A stretch of 29,184 nt of DNA. Source: Promethearchaeota archaeon. GTDB lineage: Archaea; Asgardarchaeota; Hermodarchaeia; Hermodarchaeales; Hermodarchaeaceae. A model generated the notes under the pieces. The model saw only the letters and a list, made by a program, of their open reading frames with translations, had not been told where the DNA came from and did not search any database. Location: NCBI GenBank assembly GCA_048939625.1, contig JBHLPH010000022.1, positions 1 to 29,184 on the forward strand. Reading direction: 5' to 3'. The translations under genes and the position numbers were made by a program. This document shows positions 17,558 to 26,491 of this stretch, piece after piece (position 1 is the stretch's first letter; every line of letters starts with the position of its first letter).

Positions 17558-19018
17558 ATGGTTCTATGGGAATATGCGTTACTCATATTGATTGGTGGAG
17601 CACTCCTTGGCTCCCTCATCTCATACCTGCTTGGGCGGTTAGGTTCAATGATTGTCAAAGGCTTTGCTGTAGCCTGGACAACTCTATTGTTCCTCTTCAC
17701 AGGATTATTATGGTTAGGATTCAACCCAAGCACACCAGGATTCTCCTACCTAATTGATATTCCTTGGATACCAACTCTTGGAGTTACTTTCAAACTTGGT
17801 GTTGACGGAATCAGTTTTCCACTTCTGCTAGCAACAACACTTCTTACCCTAGCTGCGGCGATTGGGTCCATCACGCTAATCAAAGAACGCGTTGCCATAT
17901 ACTTCGGTACCCTCTTGCTATTGGAAGCAGCTCTCATGGGAGTTTTTATGTCATTGAACCTTCTCGTCTTTTTCATCTTCTGGGAACTCGTTCTAATCCC
18001 CATGTTCATCTTAATCGGTGTATGGGGTGGTGCAAACCGCCGTTATGCCGCAATGAAATTCCTCATCTTTACCCATGTCGGAAGCATCCTGATGCTTCTA
18101 GGATTTATCATGCTCTTCCTCTTTGCAGGCACCTGGGATTTAACGTACTTCCTCACATCACCCATCCCCTTTGCTGTGGCACTGCCGATAATGATCATCA
18201 CCTTCATTGGATTTGCAGTGAAGTTACCCGTCGTTCCCCTTCACACCTGGCTCCCAGATGCACACGTAGAAGCCCCAGCACCTATCAGCATTATTCTTGC
18301 TGGAGTTTTACTAAAAATGGGAGGATATGGATTCATTCGAATTTCAATCGGCGTATTTCCACAGATCGCAGCGCTCCTTGCCCCAATCATTATGAGCCTC
18401 GGTATTATCACGATCTTCTATGGGGCCCTCGTCGCATTGAACCAACGGGATATGAAACGCATGATTGCTTTGACCAGTATCAATCATATGGGACTGGTCT
18501 TACTCGGAGCGTTTACCCTAACAACAATCGGAGTGACTGGAGCTGTTTTTATGATGTTTAATCATGCATGTGCAATTGGATTGATGTTTTTACTCACTGG
18601 TGTTATCCAGAAACGTGCTGGAACCCGAAACATCGATGAGCTTTCAGGCATGGGCGAATTGATGCCACGAACAGCTCTATTCTTTGTCTTAGGGGCACTC
18701 GCGTCAATGGGTATACCATTCTTCGCGCCCTTTGTCAGCGAATTCATGATCTTTTCAGGAACCCTTTCAATTCTGCCTCTTCTAGTTTTTGTGATCCTCG
18801 CCCCTGGGATTGTCGTTGCCTACTTCTTATGGACGATTGATCGAATAATTATTTCAGATCCCCATCCCGGAACTCGCATGCGACGAGCCCGTCTTACTGA
18901 ACTTATCGCGCTATCGTTACTTCTACTTCCCATCATTCTCCTTGGACTCTTTCCAGCTATGATGGTTGACCGAATTTTACCTGCTATACAGCTCTTATTA
19001 AGTGGTGGAGGTTCGTAA
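17558..19018 (+). CDS. nuoM: Complex I-like subunit M (canonical)
   Basis: FWELVLIP, VKLPVVPLHTWLPDAHVEAP, LAGVLLKMGGYG, NHMG, FVSEF. Confidence 0.95.
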   Translation: MVLWEYALLILIGGALLGSLISYLLGRLGSMIVKGFAVAWTTLLFLFTGLLWLGFNPSTPGFSYLIDIPWIPTLGVTFKLGVDGISFPLLLATTLLTLAAAIGSITLIKERVAIYFGTLLLLEAALMGVFMSLNLLVFFIFWELVLIPMFILIGVWGGANRRYAAMKFLIFTHVGSILMLLGFIMLFLFAGTWDLTYFLTSPIPFAVALPIMIITFIGFAVKLPVVPLHTWLPDAHVEAPAPISIILAGVLLKMGGYGFIRISIGVFPQIAALLAPIIMSLGIITIFYGALVALNQRDMKRMIALTSINHMGLVLLGAFTLTTIGVTGAVFMMFNHACAIGLMFLLTGVIQKRAGTRNIDELSGMGELMPRTALFFVLGALASMGIPFFAPFVSEFMIFSGTLSILPLLVFVILAPGIVVAYFLWTIDRIIISDPHPGTRMRRARLTELIALSLLLLPIILLGLFPAMMVDRILPAIQLLLSGGGS

Positions 19019-20488
19019 ATGCAACTTGCTGAATTAATCACTTTGTTCAATGCTCTACTTGCAAGCCCCTTCTTCCCATTCATCGTATTTGCCATTCTCG
19101 GATTGCTTACACCTGTTATTAATCGGATTTTTCGAGGGAAAGTTACGCCTTACTGGCCTTTAGTCAGCCTAGGTATATTTGCGGTGCTGGTTTTGCCAAG
19201 ATGGGCAACTGTGGTCACTTCCCCAATTGTGACCCCGAGCCTCCTCTTTGATGGTATTAGCCTTTTCTTTGTTACCCTGTTCATTGTTGTTGGTTTTGCT
19301 GTAATCATTGCGTCAATAGATTACTTCAAGGAAAATCCCAATCAAGAAATCTTCTACACTTTGTTGCAGTTGGCGCTTCTTGGCATGATGCTGATTTCCA
19401 TGGCCGTTGATTTAATTGTCATGTTCGCCGGATGGATTCTCGTCGCCGTTACCAGCTACACTCTTGTGGTAATTCGCAAAGAGGATGCTAAGGGTGCTGA
19501 GGCAGGTGTGAAATACTTCATAATGGGTGCATCATCCTCAGCTATTCTCTTTCTCGGCATCTCAATAATATTCGGACTCACCGGAAGCACCCAACTAACA
19601 GAAATTTCTACAGCTTTGGCTACACTCGATTCGAACCTTATTCCTCTTGCATTACTAGGCATAATGTTGATTCTCGTAGGATTTGGATTCAAAATAGGCA
19701 TCGTCCCATTTCACATGTGGTTACCTGACACATACGAAGGGGCCCCACAGCCAGTTTCCGCATTTCTCGGCGGAGGCTCAAACAAAGCTGCATTCGCTGC
19801 TGCTATCCGTGTCTTCATTCTGGGATTTCTAGTTTTCCGCTTCCAATGGACCGTAGCCTTTGCTTTTCTAGCCCTAATTACTATGACGTGGGGAAACATT
19901 GCTGCTCTTTCCCAGAAAACCCTTCCAAGGTTGCTTGCATACTCAGCTATTGCTCAAGCAGGATACACAATCATCGGTCTAGCCGTGCCAACAGCCTTAG
20001 GATTATCTGGTTTTATGTTTCATGCATTGAATGACGCGTTAGCCAAGACAGGAGCTTTCATTGCAGCAGCAGCCGTTGCATTTACTCTTTCGAAAACCAG
20101 CCTTTCAGATTATAAAGGCCTGGGCAAGCGAATGCCAATCACAGCGTTCAGCCTAACGATTCTGTTATTAGCCCTAGCAGGTATTCCTCCGCTAAGCGGT
20201 TTCTTCAGCAAATTGATCTTGTTTACAGCAGCCGTTGAGGTTGGATTAATTTGGTTAGCTCTTGCGGGAGTTCTTAACAGTGCATTTTCTCTCGCATATT
20301 ATGGATGGATAATCAAACGAATGTACATGGATGAACCTGATGAACCAAGCGCTGATCAAACGGTCAAAGAATCGCGTAAATTCCAATTCGCACTCATTGC
20401 ACTTGCTGCTATCACAATCCTCATTGGGCTATTTAGCGGCATAATTATCGGATACATCGAAACCATAGTAATTGGATTCTACCCCTAA
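19019..20488 (+). CDS. nuoN: Complex I-like subunit N
   Basis: EAGVKYFIMGA.SS, GFKIGIVPFHMWLPDTYEGAP, RLLAYSAI, GIPPLSGFFSK, AYY. Confidence 0.94.
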   Translation: MQLAELITLFNALLASPFFPFIVFAILGLLTPVINRIFRGKVTPYWPLVSLGIFAVLVLPRWATVVTSPIVTPSLLFDGISLFFVTLFIVVGFAVIIASIDYFKENPNQEIFYTLLQLALLGMMLISMAVDLIVMFAGWILVAVTSYTLVVIRKEDAKGAEAGVKYFIMGASSSAILFLGISIIFGLTGSTQLTEISTALATLDSNLIPLALLGIMLILVGFGFKIGIVPFHMWLPDTYEGAPQPVSAFLGGGSNKAAFAAAIRVFILGFLVFRFQWTVAFAFLALITMTWGNIAALSQKTLPRLLAYSAIAQAGYTIIGLAVPTALGLSGFMFHALNDALAKTGAFIAAAAVAFTLSKTSLSDYKGLGKRMPITAFSLTILLLALAGIPPLSGFFSKLILFTAAVEVGLIWLALAGVLNSAFSLAYYGWIIKRMYMDEPDEPSADQTVKESRKFQFALIALAAITILIGLFSGIIIGYIETIVIGFYP

Positions 20489-20507
20489 ACAAGAAGTAAT
20501 AATCAAC

Positions 20508-21869
20508 TCACTCATTTGGTGAATTTATTTGTAAGAACCGTCCAACGAGGGTGACAATATCGAGCACGGGAATTTCCAAGCCAAGCTTTTGCATCCCATG
20601 TGTGAGATTAAGCACACAGAAGGGACATGCTGAGACAACCATGGTTGCTCCCACATCTACGATTTCACCAACGCGTTCCCACGCCATACGATCTTCTAAC
20701 GGCATCACAGCCTTCTCTTCTTCGGAAAGTTCACGATACCCCTTTGTAAGCTTTTTTGCAGCCGCCTTTACTTGAGCAGGTGAACTCCTTGGTTCAGTAT
20801 CATAGATTCGCTTTGCAGCAATTTCCAAAGCAAGCTCGGGAATACCGGCTTTGACTCCACCTCCCGCTCCACAGCATCGCGAGTATTCTCGGGTGCGACT
20901 CATTTCAACCAGTGTTATGTTGGGTAAAAGATCGAGGATTCGCCGTGGAGCATCATACACGCCAACATGTCGACCAAGATGGCAAGGATCATGGTAGGCG
21001 ACACGTTCTCTGACACCTGGAAGGGGTTTAATGTCAATATGCTCTAGAGCCTTGGCGAGTAATTGAGTGATGTGTTGTACTTTGAATGGTAGTTTTCCGT
21101 AGTATCGGGGCCAATCGAATACGGATGTTCGGAAACAACCGGAGCAGGAATAGACGACGAGTTTGACACCTTTTTCTTTGATAGTGTCCACATTGTGTTG
21201 GACTAAATCCTTAACAACCTCAATTTGCCCAGTTCGGATGAGAGGGGAACCACAACATCGTTCATCATTCCCTGGTAGTACAAAATCAATATCAAGTTTA
21301 TTTAAAATCCGAGCCGTGGTGATAGCAAGATGTTGCATTTTATATGAAGAGGTGCATCCAACGAAGTAGGCGACATCAGCAGTCTCAGCAACCCTAACGT
21401 CCGCAGGGAGCCAATCTGTGCGGGAGAGATGATCTTCGCCATACGGGTTAAATCTAGTTTTTACGTTGTTCGGCCAGTCCCGCTGACGTTCCAGTGGACC
21501 AAAACCCTGTTTCACCATATCAGCGCGTATCGTTTCCCATAAATCGCAACTCTTTATCCGTGATTCACACACCGTTTGACATTGTCCACAAACAGTACAA
21601 AGATACAGGTCTTCAACGAACTTGTCAATCTTATTCCTATCAATGACACTTCCCCCGCGAGCACGTCCCAAGATTCCATAAATATGTTTGACCATTTGTC
21701 GCAGATTTCGGATTTTTCCACGTGCTGTTACACCTTCACGTTGTAACTGATCAAAGACTGGGCAGAACTTAACACATTCACCACAATCAACACAGGCATC
21801 CAGTTCCATTGTTTGCTTCCGCGTTAATTGTGGGAAACTAATCTTTTCCTTATTCGTCGTCACTTTCAT
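20508..21869 (-). CDS. HdrD/GlpC-like Fe-S oxidoreductase (2x[4Fe-4S] + two CCG domains)
   Basis: CVDCGECVKFCP, CTVCGQCQTVC; YFVGC..RCCG..CSGC; YHDPCHLGR..RCCGAGGG..ACPFC; start ATG 21869 (GGGAG upstream) overlapping the end of the cytochrome b gene. Confidence 0.88.
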   Translation of the reverse strand: MKVTTNKEKISFPQLTRKQTMELDACVDCGECVKFCPVFDQLQREGVTARGKIRNLRQMVKHIYGILGRARGGSVIDRNKIDKFVEDLYLCTVCGQCQTVCESRIKSCDLWETIRADMVKQGFGPLERQRDWPNNVKTRFNPYGEDHLSRTDWLPADVRVAETADVAYFVGCTSSYKMQHLAITTARILNKLDIDFVLPGNDERCCGSPLIRTGQIEVVKDLVQHNVDTIKEKGVKLVVYSCSGCFRTSVFDWPRYYGKLPFKVQHITQLLAKALEHIDIKPLPGVRERVAYHDPCHLGRHVGVYDAPRRILDLLPNITLVEMSRTREYSRCCGAGGGVKAGIPELALEIAAKRIYDTEPRSSPAQVKAAAKKLTKGYRELSEEEKAVMPLEDRMAWERVGEIVDVGATMVVSACPFCVLNLTHGMQKLGLEIPVLDIVTLVGRFLQINSPNE

Positions 21870-22578
21870 CAACTCCCGTAACTTCCCGGATATATTCCTC
21901 CTCCCACTTTTCTTCAATAGTACTGCGAACCATAATGATAGGGGCTGCGATGATATGCTGGAATTTTGAATAGAATAAAACTGCGATCATCGTCCAAATA
22001 ATGAATCCGTGAATGATTCCATACAATCCTCTGATACCAATCACGTATTCATATGAGAAAGCCATATGCCCTGATAATGCAATGGAAAGTAGTAGAATCA
22101 GTGGCAGGTAATTATGGAGGTTAGTAACCGCTCGCCCCTCTTTCGAACCAATGCGACTCCCAAAAGCCATTATTACACCGAGTACAAGCAATATAGTCAA
22201 TACATCGTGAGCAATTATTCGCATTTCCAGTGTAGCCCAAGGAAAGAGAATGGTTTCATTAAGTAAAATGAGCCGAGGGATCCCATGGAAGAGAAGGAGA
22301 CCTACAAATCCCACTATAATGAATCCGTGTTTCACCCACCGATACACAGACTGACGTCTTATCGTTCCACCAAAAGTCCAATCAGAGATTACCGTCTTAA
22401 CAAAAGCTACAAATTTTGTTCGAAAAGGCACCTCAATGAGCCAACCAGCTGTATACTCAGCAGGTTCTTTGTGTGGTTTCGTCCAGCGGACGAGAATCCG
22501 AATGAAACCAATCGTAAACAGGGCTAACGCAATCCAACGATAGAAAAATAAAATTTGATACGCTAGCTCTTGTTCCAT
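21850..22578 (-). CDS. HdrE/NarI-like di-heme cytochrome b membrane anchor
   Basis: About 5 TM; His pairs WVKHG..LFHG and IIHG..KFQH (18 apart) as in the NarI family; overlaps the HdrD-like gene. Confidence 0.8.
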   Translation of the reverse strand: MEQELAYQILFFYRWIALALFTIGFIRILVRWTKPHKEPAEYTAGWLIEVPFRTKFVAFVKTVISDWTFGGTIRRQSVYRWVKHGFIIVGFVGLLLFHGIPRLILLNETILFPWATLEMRIIAHDVLTILLVLGVIMAFGSRIGSKEGRAVTNLHNYLPLILLLSIALSGHMAFSYEYVIGIRGLYGIIHGFIIWTMIAVLFYSKFQHIIAAPIIMVRSTIEEKWEEEYIREVTGVDESDDE

Positions 22579-22671
22579 AAGATCGCACCTTTAACCTCTA
22601 TTCAAATGCCCCAGATTTTCATCAAAAGGCTTCCCAATTTACTATTCGTACCTCTTTTCAAAGAGAACATA

Positions 22672-22734
22672 CAATGAAAAAAGAAAGGGGGAAAATTGGA
22701 GGGCTAATGATCTTGGGGTCACGCCCTCCAATTT
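22672..22734 (-). terminator. Hairpin plus pyrimidine/U tract downstream of the doxX-like gene
   Basis: Perfect 12-bp stem AAATTGGAGGGC (22693-22704)/GCCCTCCAATTT (22723-22734), followed on the minus strand by TCCCCCTTTCTTTTTT. Confidence 0.65.
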
Positions 22735-22752
22735 GGTTTTCGTTATGTAAAT

Positions 22753-23451
22753 CTATGTCCATAATCCTAAAAATCGTAGGAATGCGGTCTTGGATTCCTC
22801 GAGCTTAGGACCGAGCCATTGGTCCACACCAAGGTATCTACCGGCTTGATACATTCCTACAGCGAAGAATGCAATTGAGCCAAGGAAGTTGACACCAAAA
22901 GTGGAGACACTCAACCACCCAAGTAAGAAGAGGAATGTCCATTGCATTAGTACACCACCGAATGAGCCTAGCCGAGTAAAGAATCCGAAGGTTAAAGACA
23001 GCCCGATGAGAAGTTCACCGGCGGCAATAAGTAGCAAAAAGAACGATGGATTCAATAGGATTACTGTGTTGAAAAACCCTTGAATATATGGGCTGGGAGC
23101 TGAAGATGCTGCAAGCGTCAGAAGCCCATAGTCTGTGGAATAGGCAGGATTGAGGAGCTTTTCTAAACCGCCATGAAGAAATTCATAGCCTAACGCTAAT
23201 CGCAATGGGAGTAAGATTGCTAGAATTGGGAATTTTTCAGGCCAAACCCATCGCAAGAAGAATATAGTTGGTACCAGAATAATCGCTAGAATAATGAGAG
23301 GTGATAAGGCTAAGCTAAGCAAGGGAAAGAGAATTGCTGGATCAGGAACCACCCATTGTGGTCCTAAACTAAGCAGGATAATGGCTAGTAGAATCACATC
23401 TACGATCACTAGAAAGATAAGGCCAATCCATTGATTTCGATTTAATTCCAT
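22753..23451 (-). CDS. DoxX/DoxD (thiosulfate:quinone oxidoreductase small subunit-like) membrane protein
   Basis: LRLALGYEFLHGGLEKL, GELLIGLSL.FG.FTR, AGRYLGVD motifs; two extra N-terminal TMs. Confidence 0.78.
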   Translation of the reverse strand: MELNRNQWIGLIFLVIVDVILLAIILLSLGPQWVVPDPAILFPLLSLALSPLIILAIILVPTIFFLRWVWPEKFPILAILLPLRLALGYEFLHGGLEKLLNPAYSTDYGLLTLAASSAPSPYIQGFFNTVILLNPSFFLLLIAAGELLIGLSLTFGFFTRLGSFGGVLMQWTFLFLLGWLSVSTFGVNFLGSIAFFAVGMYQAGRYLGVDQWLGPKLEESKTAFLRFLGLWT

Positions 23452-23600
23452 GGTTATCTCTCCTAATGAGATGTTAAAACGAAAAATCGGGATTCCTTTT
23501 TATATATTATACTATTGTATTTGTGTTAAATTAAATAAATAGATAAGCGACCATACAGCGCTACGTTTTGGTTTTCATCGTCTTTTTGCATTAATATAAG

Positions 23601-24317
23601 TTAGAGCCGAATTTCAAGTTGGCACCCTTCATCTCCATGCGACCTACAACTCACGCGCTCGATATTTCGAACTGGTTGTTTGCACATTATTGTAAAAAGC
23701 GTTGGGTAGTAGCTATTGTGAAAGTGGCACATCAACCCTTCATATTTGAAACTAACTTCTTGGAATAAGCAATTATAGGTACGGATTACAAGTGTTTTAT
23801 CCCGAAGTTGAACACTGGCATTGTAACCAAGCTGATTTAGGGATTCACCGAGTTTTTTTCGAAAGGTAACAATACTCATGGGAACTCGGTGACTTCGTCG
23901 CCATACCTGTGCAGTGTCGTTTGCTGCTTGTTTACCCATGTCTTGGAATAGCTCAGTTGTGGCTTCCCTCCCGAATTTTCTTAGAAAAGTAGAAATCAAC
24001 ATATCCGCAAGTTGCCAATACCGACGAGGAGGTGTTGTGATGATTAGCGCTTTTTGGAGACAATATCGTTGGGCTGGCCTTCCTCGTGAACGCGGTTCAT
24101 CTTTGCTAACTTGACTTTCGGCAATGACTCTCAAGGCGAGAAGATCAATGAGAGTATATCGGATAGCTGATTCACTGAGATTTGTTCCCTTAGCAATATC
24201 ACTAATTGTAGAATTTGGATGTGTGGAGATGAATTCAATAATCCGAGTAGCCGCGCGCCTACTATGTATAGGAATTCGTGAGAGTGTTTCATTATCTACT
24301 ATTAATTGATTTGTCAT
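23601..24317 (-). CDS. HTH transcriptional regulator with Cys-rich C-terminal sensor (SufR/MetOD1/V4R-like)
   Basis: N-terminal wHTH (TISDIAKGTNLSESAIRYTL..L; RGRPAQRY); C-terminal NCLF...CHFH...CRSHGDEGC. Confidence 0.78.
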   Translation of the reverse strand: MTNQLIVDNETLSRIPIHSRRAATRIIEFISTHPNSTISDIAKGTNLSESAIRYTLIDLLALRVIAESQVSKDEPRSRGRPAQRYCLQKALIITTPPRRYWQLADMLISTFLRKFGREATTELFQDMGKQAANDTAQVWRRSHRVPMSIVTFRKKLGESLNQLGYNASVQLRDKTLVIRTYNCLFQEVSFKYEGLMCHFHNSYYPTLFTIMCKQPVRNIERVSCRSHGDEGCQLEIRL

Positions 24318-24611
24318 TATTGATTCCCTTTACGCTTCTTTAGAAGGTTGCATCTATTGAAATAAATATCCTCGAATCTAGCCATATTGAAATGCTACTC
24401 CCTCATTGCCGATAAGATTGAACCGTTCTTCAATGACATCCCGTGGAAGCGCATAGACTTCTTTACAAATATGTGCATAAAAAATGAAAATATTATAACA
24501 ATCATCGACTTCTTTACTGAGATTTCGTAAAAATGTTAAAAGACGAGTGCGAGAAGACATTGGTGATTCAACAACGCTTTATACTGAACGGGGAATTGGA
24601 AATGTGATTAG

Positions 24612-24986
24612 ATGACCGTTGATCAATTAGACCCTAACTTTAGGGATGAAGCAGCAAAAATGCGAACATTACTAGCAGCACTTCGTACACTTGAAGCTAT
24701 TCGAAGGAGCAAGCTAGCGGTGTTACGAACGGGCATTAGTGTTTTAGCAATTTCAATAACGATTATCACTGTCCTAATCTCCACCTCATCATTTTGGGAC
24801 CCATCAACCGTAATCATCTTGTTATGGTTTGTCGCAATCCTCCTTGCTACACTCATGATAATTGGAGTTTTTCTTTTTTGGCAGGGATTACGAGGCATGC
24901 GTGAAATAGACCAGAAACGGTACAAGCTAGCTTTAGAGGTTGATGCGGCAGATCCAACTTATAAAGATATTTTTCATGTACGCTAG
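24612..24986 (+). CDS. DUF202/YidH-like small membrane protein
   Basis: RTLEAIRRSKLAVLRTGIS followed by two TMs; promoter-like AACGCTTTATAC at about 24573. Confidence 0.55.
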   Translation: MTVDQLDPNFRDEAAKMRTLLAALRTLEAIRRSKLAVLRTGISVLAISITIITVLISTSSFWDPSTVIILLWFVAILLATLMIIGVFLFWQGLRGMREIDQKRYKLALEVDAADPTYKDIFHVR

Positions 24987-25006
24987 CGATATGTCTGCAA
25001 AGCGAA

Positions 25007-26293
25007 TTAGACCGTGTCAGCTCTGAATGCAAGTAAGGGCGTAAATAATTCATCCTTTGTTAAGGAACCATGGCTACTAAGTAATCCTGGCCATGGAAGA
25101 AGCCCAATGGACTCGGTGGCAGAGTCTTTTCGTTCTACCCGAAGACTCACTCCGCTCCGCCCAATGAGTAGAAGGTCGCCTAGTCTTTGGATAACTCTGC
25201 GGGTTACTGGTTTTGGTAGCAATTTGCTCTGGTTGAGTTCTTTGGGATTGAGAAGAATGGCTTTATCTTCAATTCGCTCGAGTAGCCAGTTTCTGAGTTG
25301 GCGACGTTTAGATGCAGAACGGCAGTAAAAATGAGTCACTCGACCTGAATGGCCAGGTGGGATCTTGAGTGTTCCTTTTATTTCGTTAAGTTCTTCTTGG
25401 GTGATGATGATTGATCGCCCATCTTGAAGTGGATTTTGTCCATGGTCTGAACAAAGGAAAATTGTGGTTGTCTTTACTACGGAGCTTGGGAGCTGTTCAA
25501 TAAAAGTACGAAGCTGTTGATAGAAAGCGTTGCACCCAGCTCTATATTCAATTGAGAAGGCCCCATACTTATGAGCAAGTGTGTCGATGAGTGGGAAGTA
25601 TAGGGTTGCAAAGAGTGGAGAGGAGGGGTATTCATTCAGTACTCGATGTACCATTCCAAAAGCGTCGATGAACCCGTTATAAGTGAAGATGTTCTCTTTC
25701 AGAATGTAGAATCGTCCAAGACCTGTGCCAGGAATTTCCCGAGGAAGTCCTACGGCTTGAATTAGTCCAGGATGCTGTCTGGTTAGTAGGTCTGGGATTC
25801 CAGGGGCCCAAAGTAGGGTCTTGACATCAATTCCAGCAGCTGCAATTGCATCGCGCCAGCGTGTATTGGCACCCGACATTTTCAGGGTATCGATGAGCGC
25901 ATTATATTCTTTGAAATAGATAACGTGCCCAAGAATGCCATGTTCACTCGGAGGAAGCCCAAAGTTAATACTAGGGATTGCGGATGAGGTGATTGAAGGA
26001 AAGGTACTACTAAGTGTTATTCCATTTAGATCTTCGAAGAAAGCTGAAAGTTCAGTCCCCCGAAAGTTTTGCACACCCAAGCTGTCTACAATGCAGACAA
26101 TAACACGCTTAGTATTTAGTGCGTTATTTGATTTGAGATGTTTTAAAACACAAGGAATATCAAAGAGATCATCGCGTGGAATTGGTGCCTTAATACAACG
26201 AAGCGCGGTGGGTAATACACGGTAAATGTTTTGGAAAAAGTCGGGTACAAATAAGTCATCGGTGTCGAGTAAAGGTGATAGGTTCAAAGACAA
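25007..26293 (-). CDS. Alkaline phosphatase superfamily (nucleotide pyrophosphatase/phosphodiesterase-like) protein
   Basis: IVDSLG, STFPSITSSA, DTLAHKYG, SDHG, HGSLT.DE metal-binding motifs; TTG start. Confidence 0.82.
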   Translation of the reverse strand: MSLNLSPLLDTDDLFVPDFFQNIYRVLPTALRCIKAPIPRDDLFDIPCVLKHLKSNNALNTKRVIVCIVDSLGVQNFRGTELSAFFEDLNGITLSSTFPSITSSAIPSINFGLPPSEHGILGHVIYFKEYNALIDTLKMSGANTRWRDAIAAAGIDVKTLLWAPGIPDLLTRQHPGLIQAVGLPREIPGTGLGRFYILKENIFTYNGFIDAFGMVHRVLNEYPSSPLFATLYFPLIDTLAHKYGAFSIEYRAGCNAFYQQLRTFIEQLPSSVVKTTTIFLCSDHGQNPLQDGRSIIITQEELNEIKGTLKIPPGHSGRVTHFYCRSASKRRQLRNWLLERIEDKAILLNPKELNQSKLLPKPVTRRVIQRLGDLLLIGRSGVSLRVERKDSATESIGLLPWPGLLSSHGSLTKDELFTPLLAFRADTV

Positions 26294-26491
26294 AGTAAAC
26301 CCTCATTGGAGATAACTAATGATGTGAAGCAACAGCGTGGATTAATTTAAATCTGTACCACATCTAAAATCTCAAGGATTAGCGGAAAAATGGGTATCAA
26401 TCTGTATCTGATGGGGGGGGACGAAAGACTCTTTATTAGTTTGAGTATAAGTGTTTAGAGTAGGAGTTAACGGCACAGGGGAATACTGACC

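Noticed and set aside
13105-19735. Recurring CAY-NNN-TGG-YTN-CCN-GAY nucleotide repeats
   Set aside because: They simply encode the conserved HxWLPD motif of the five paralogs; not a repeat array or CRISPR
7372-20034. Many short antisense or alternative-frame ORFs within the nuo operon (e.g. 7372-7899, 18022-18561)
   Set aside because: Shadow ORFs of hydrophobic coding sequence with no recognisable motifs
22693-22734. Hairpin as a SECIS element or IS end
   Set aside because: Geometry does not fit a SECIS, I saw no in-frame UGA selenoprotein candidate nearby, and there is no transposase; a terminator is simpler
24378-24560. 60-aa ORF in the intergenic region
   Set aside because: No motifs; lies in an AT-rich divergent promoter region; cannot be supported
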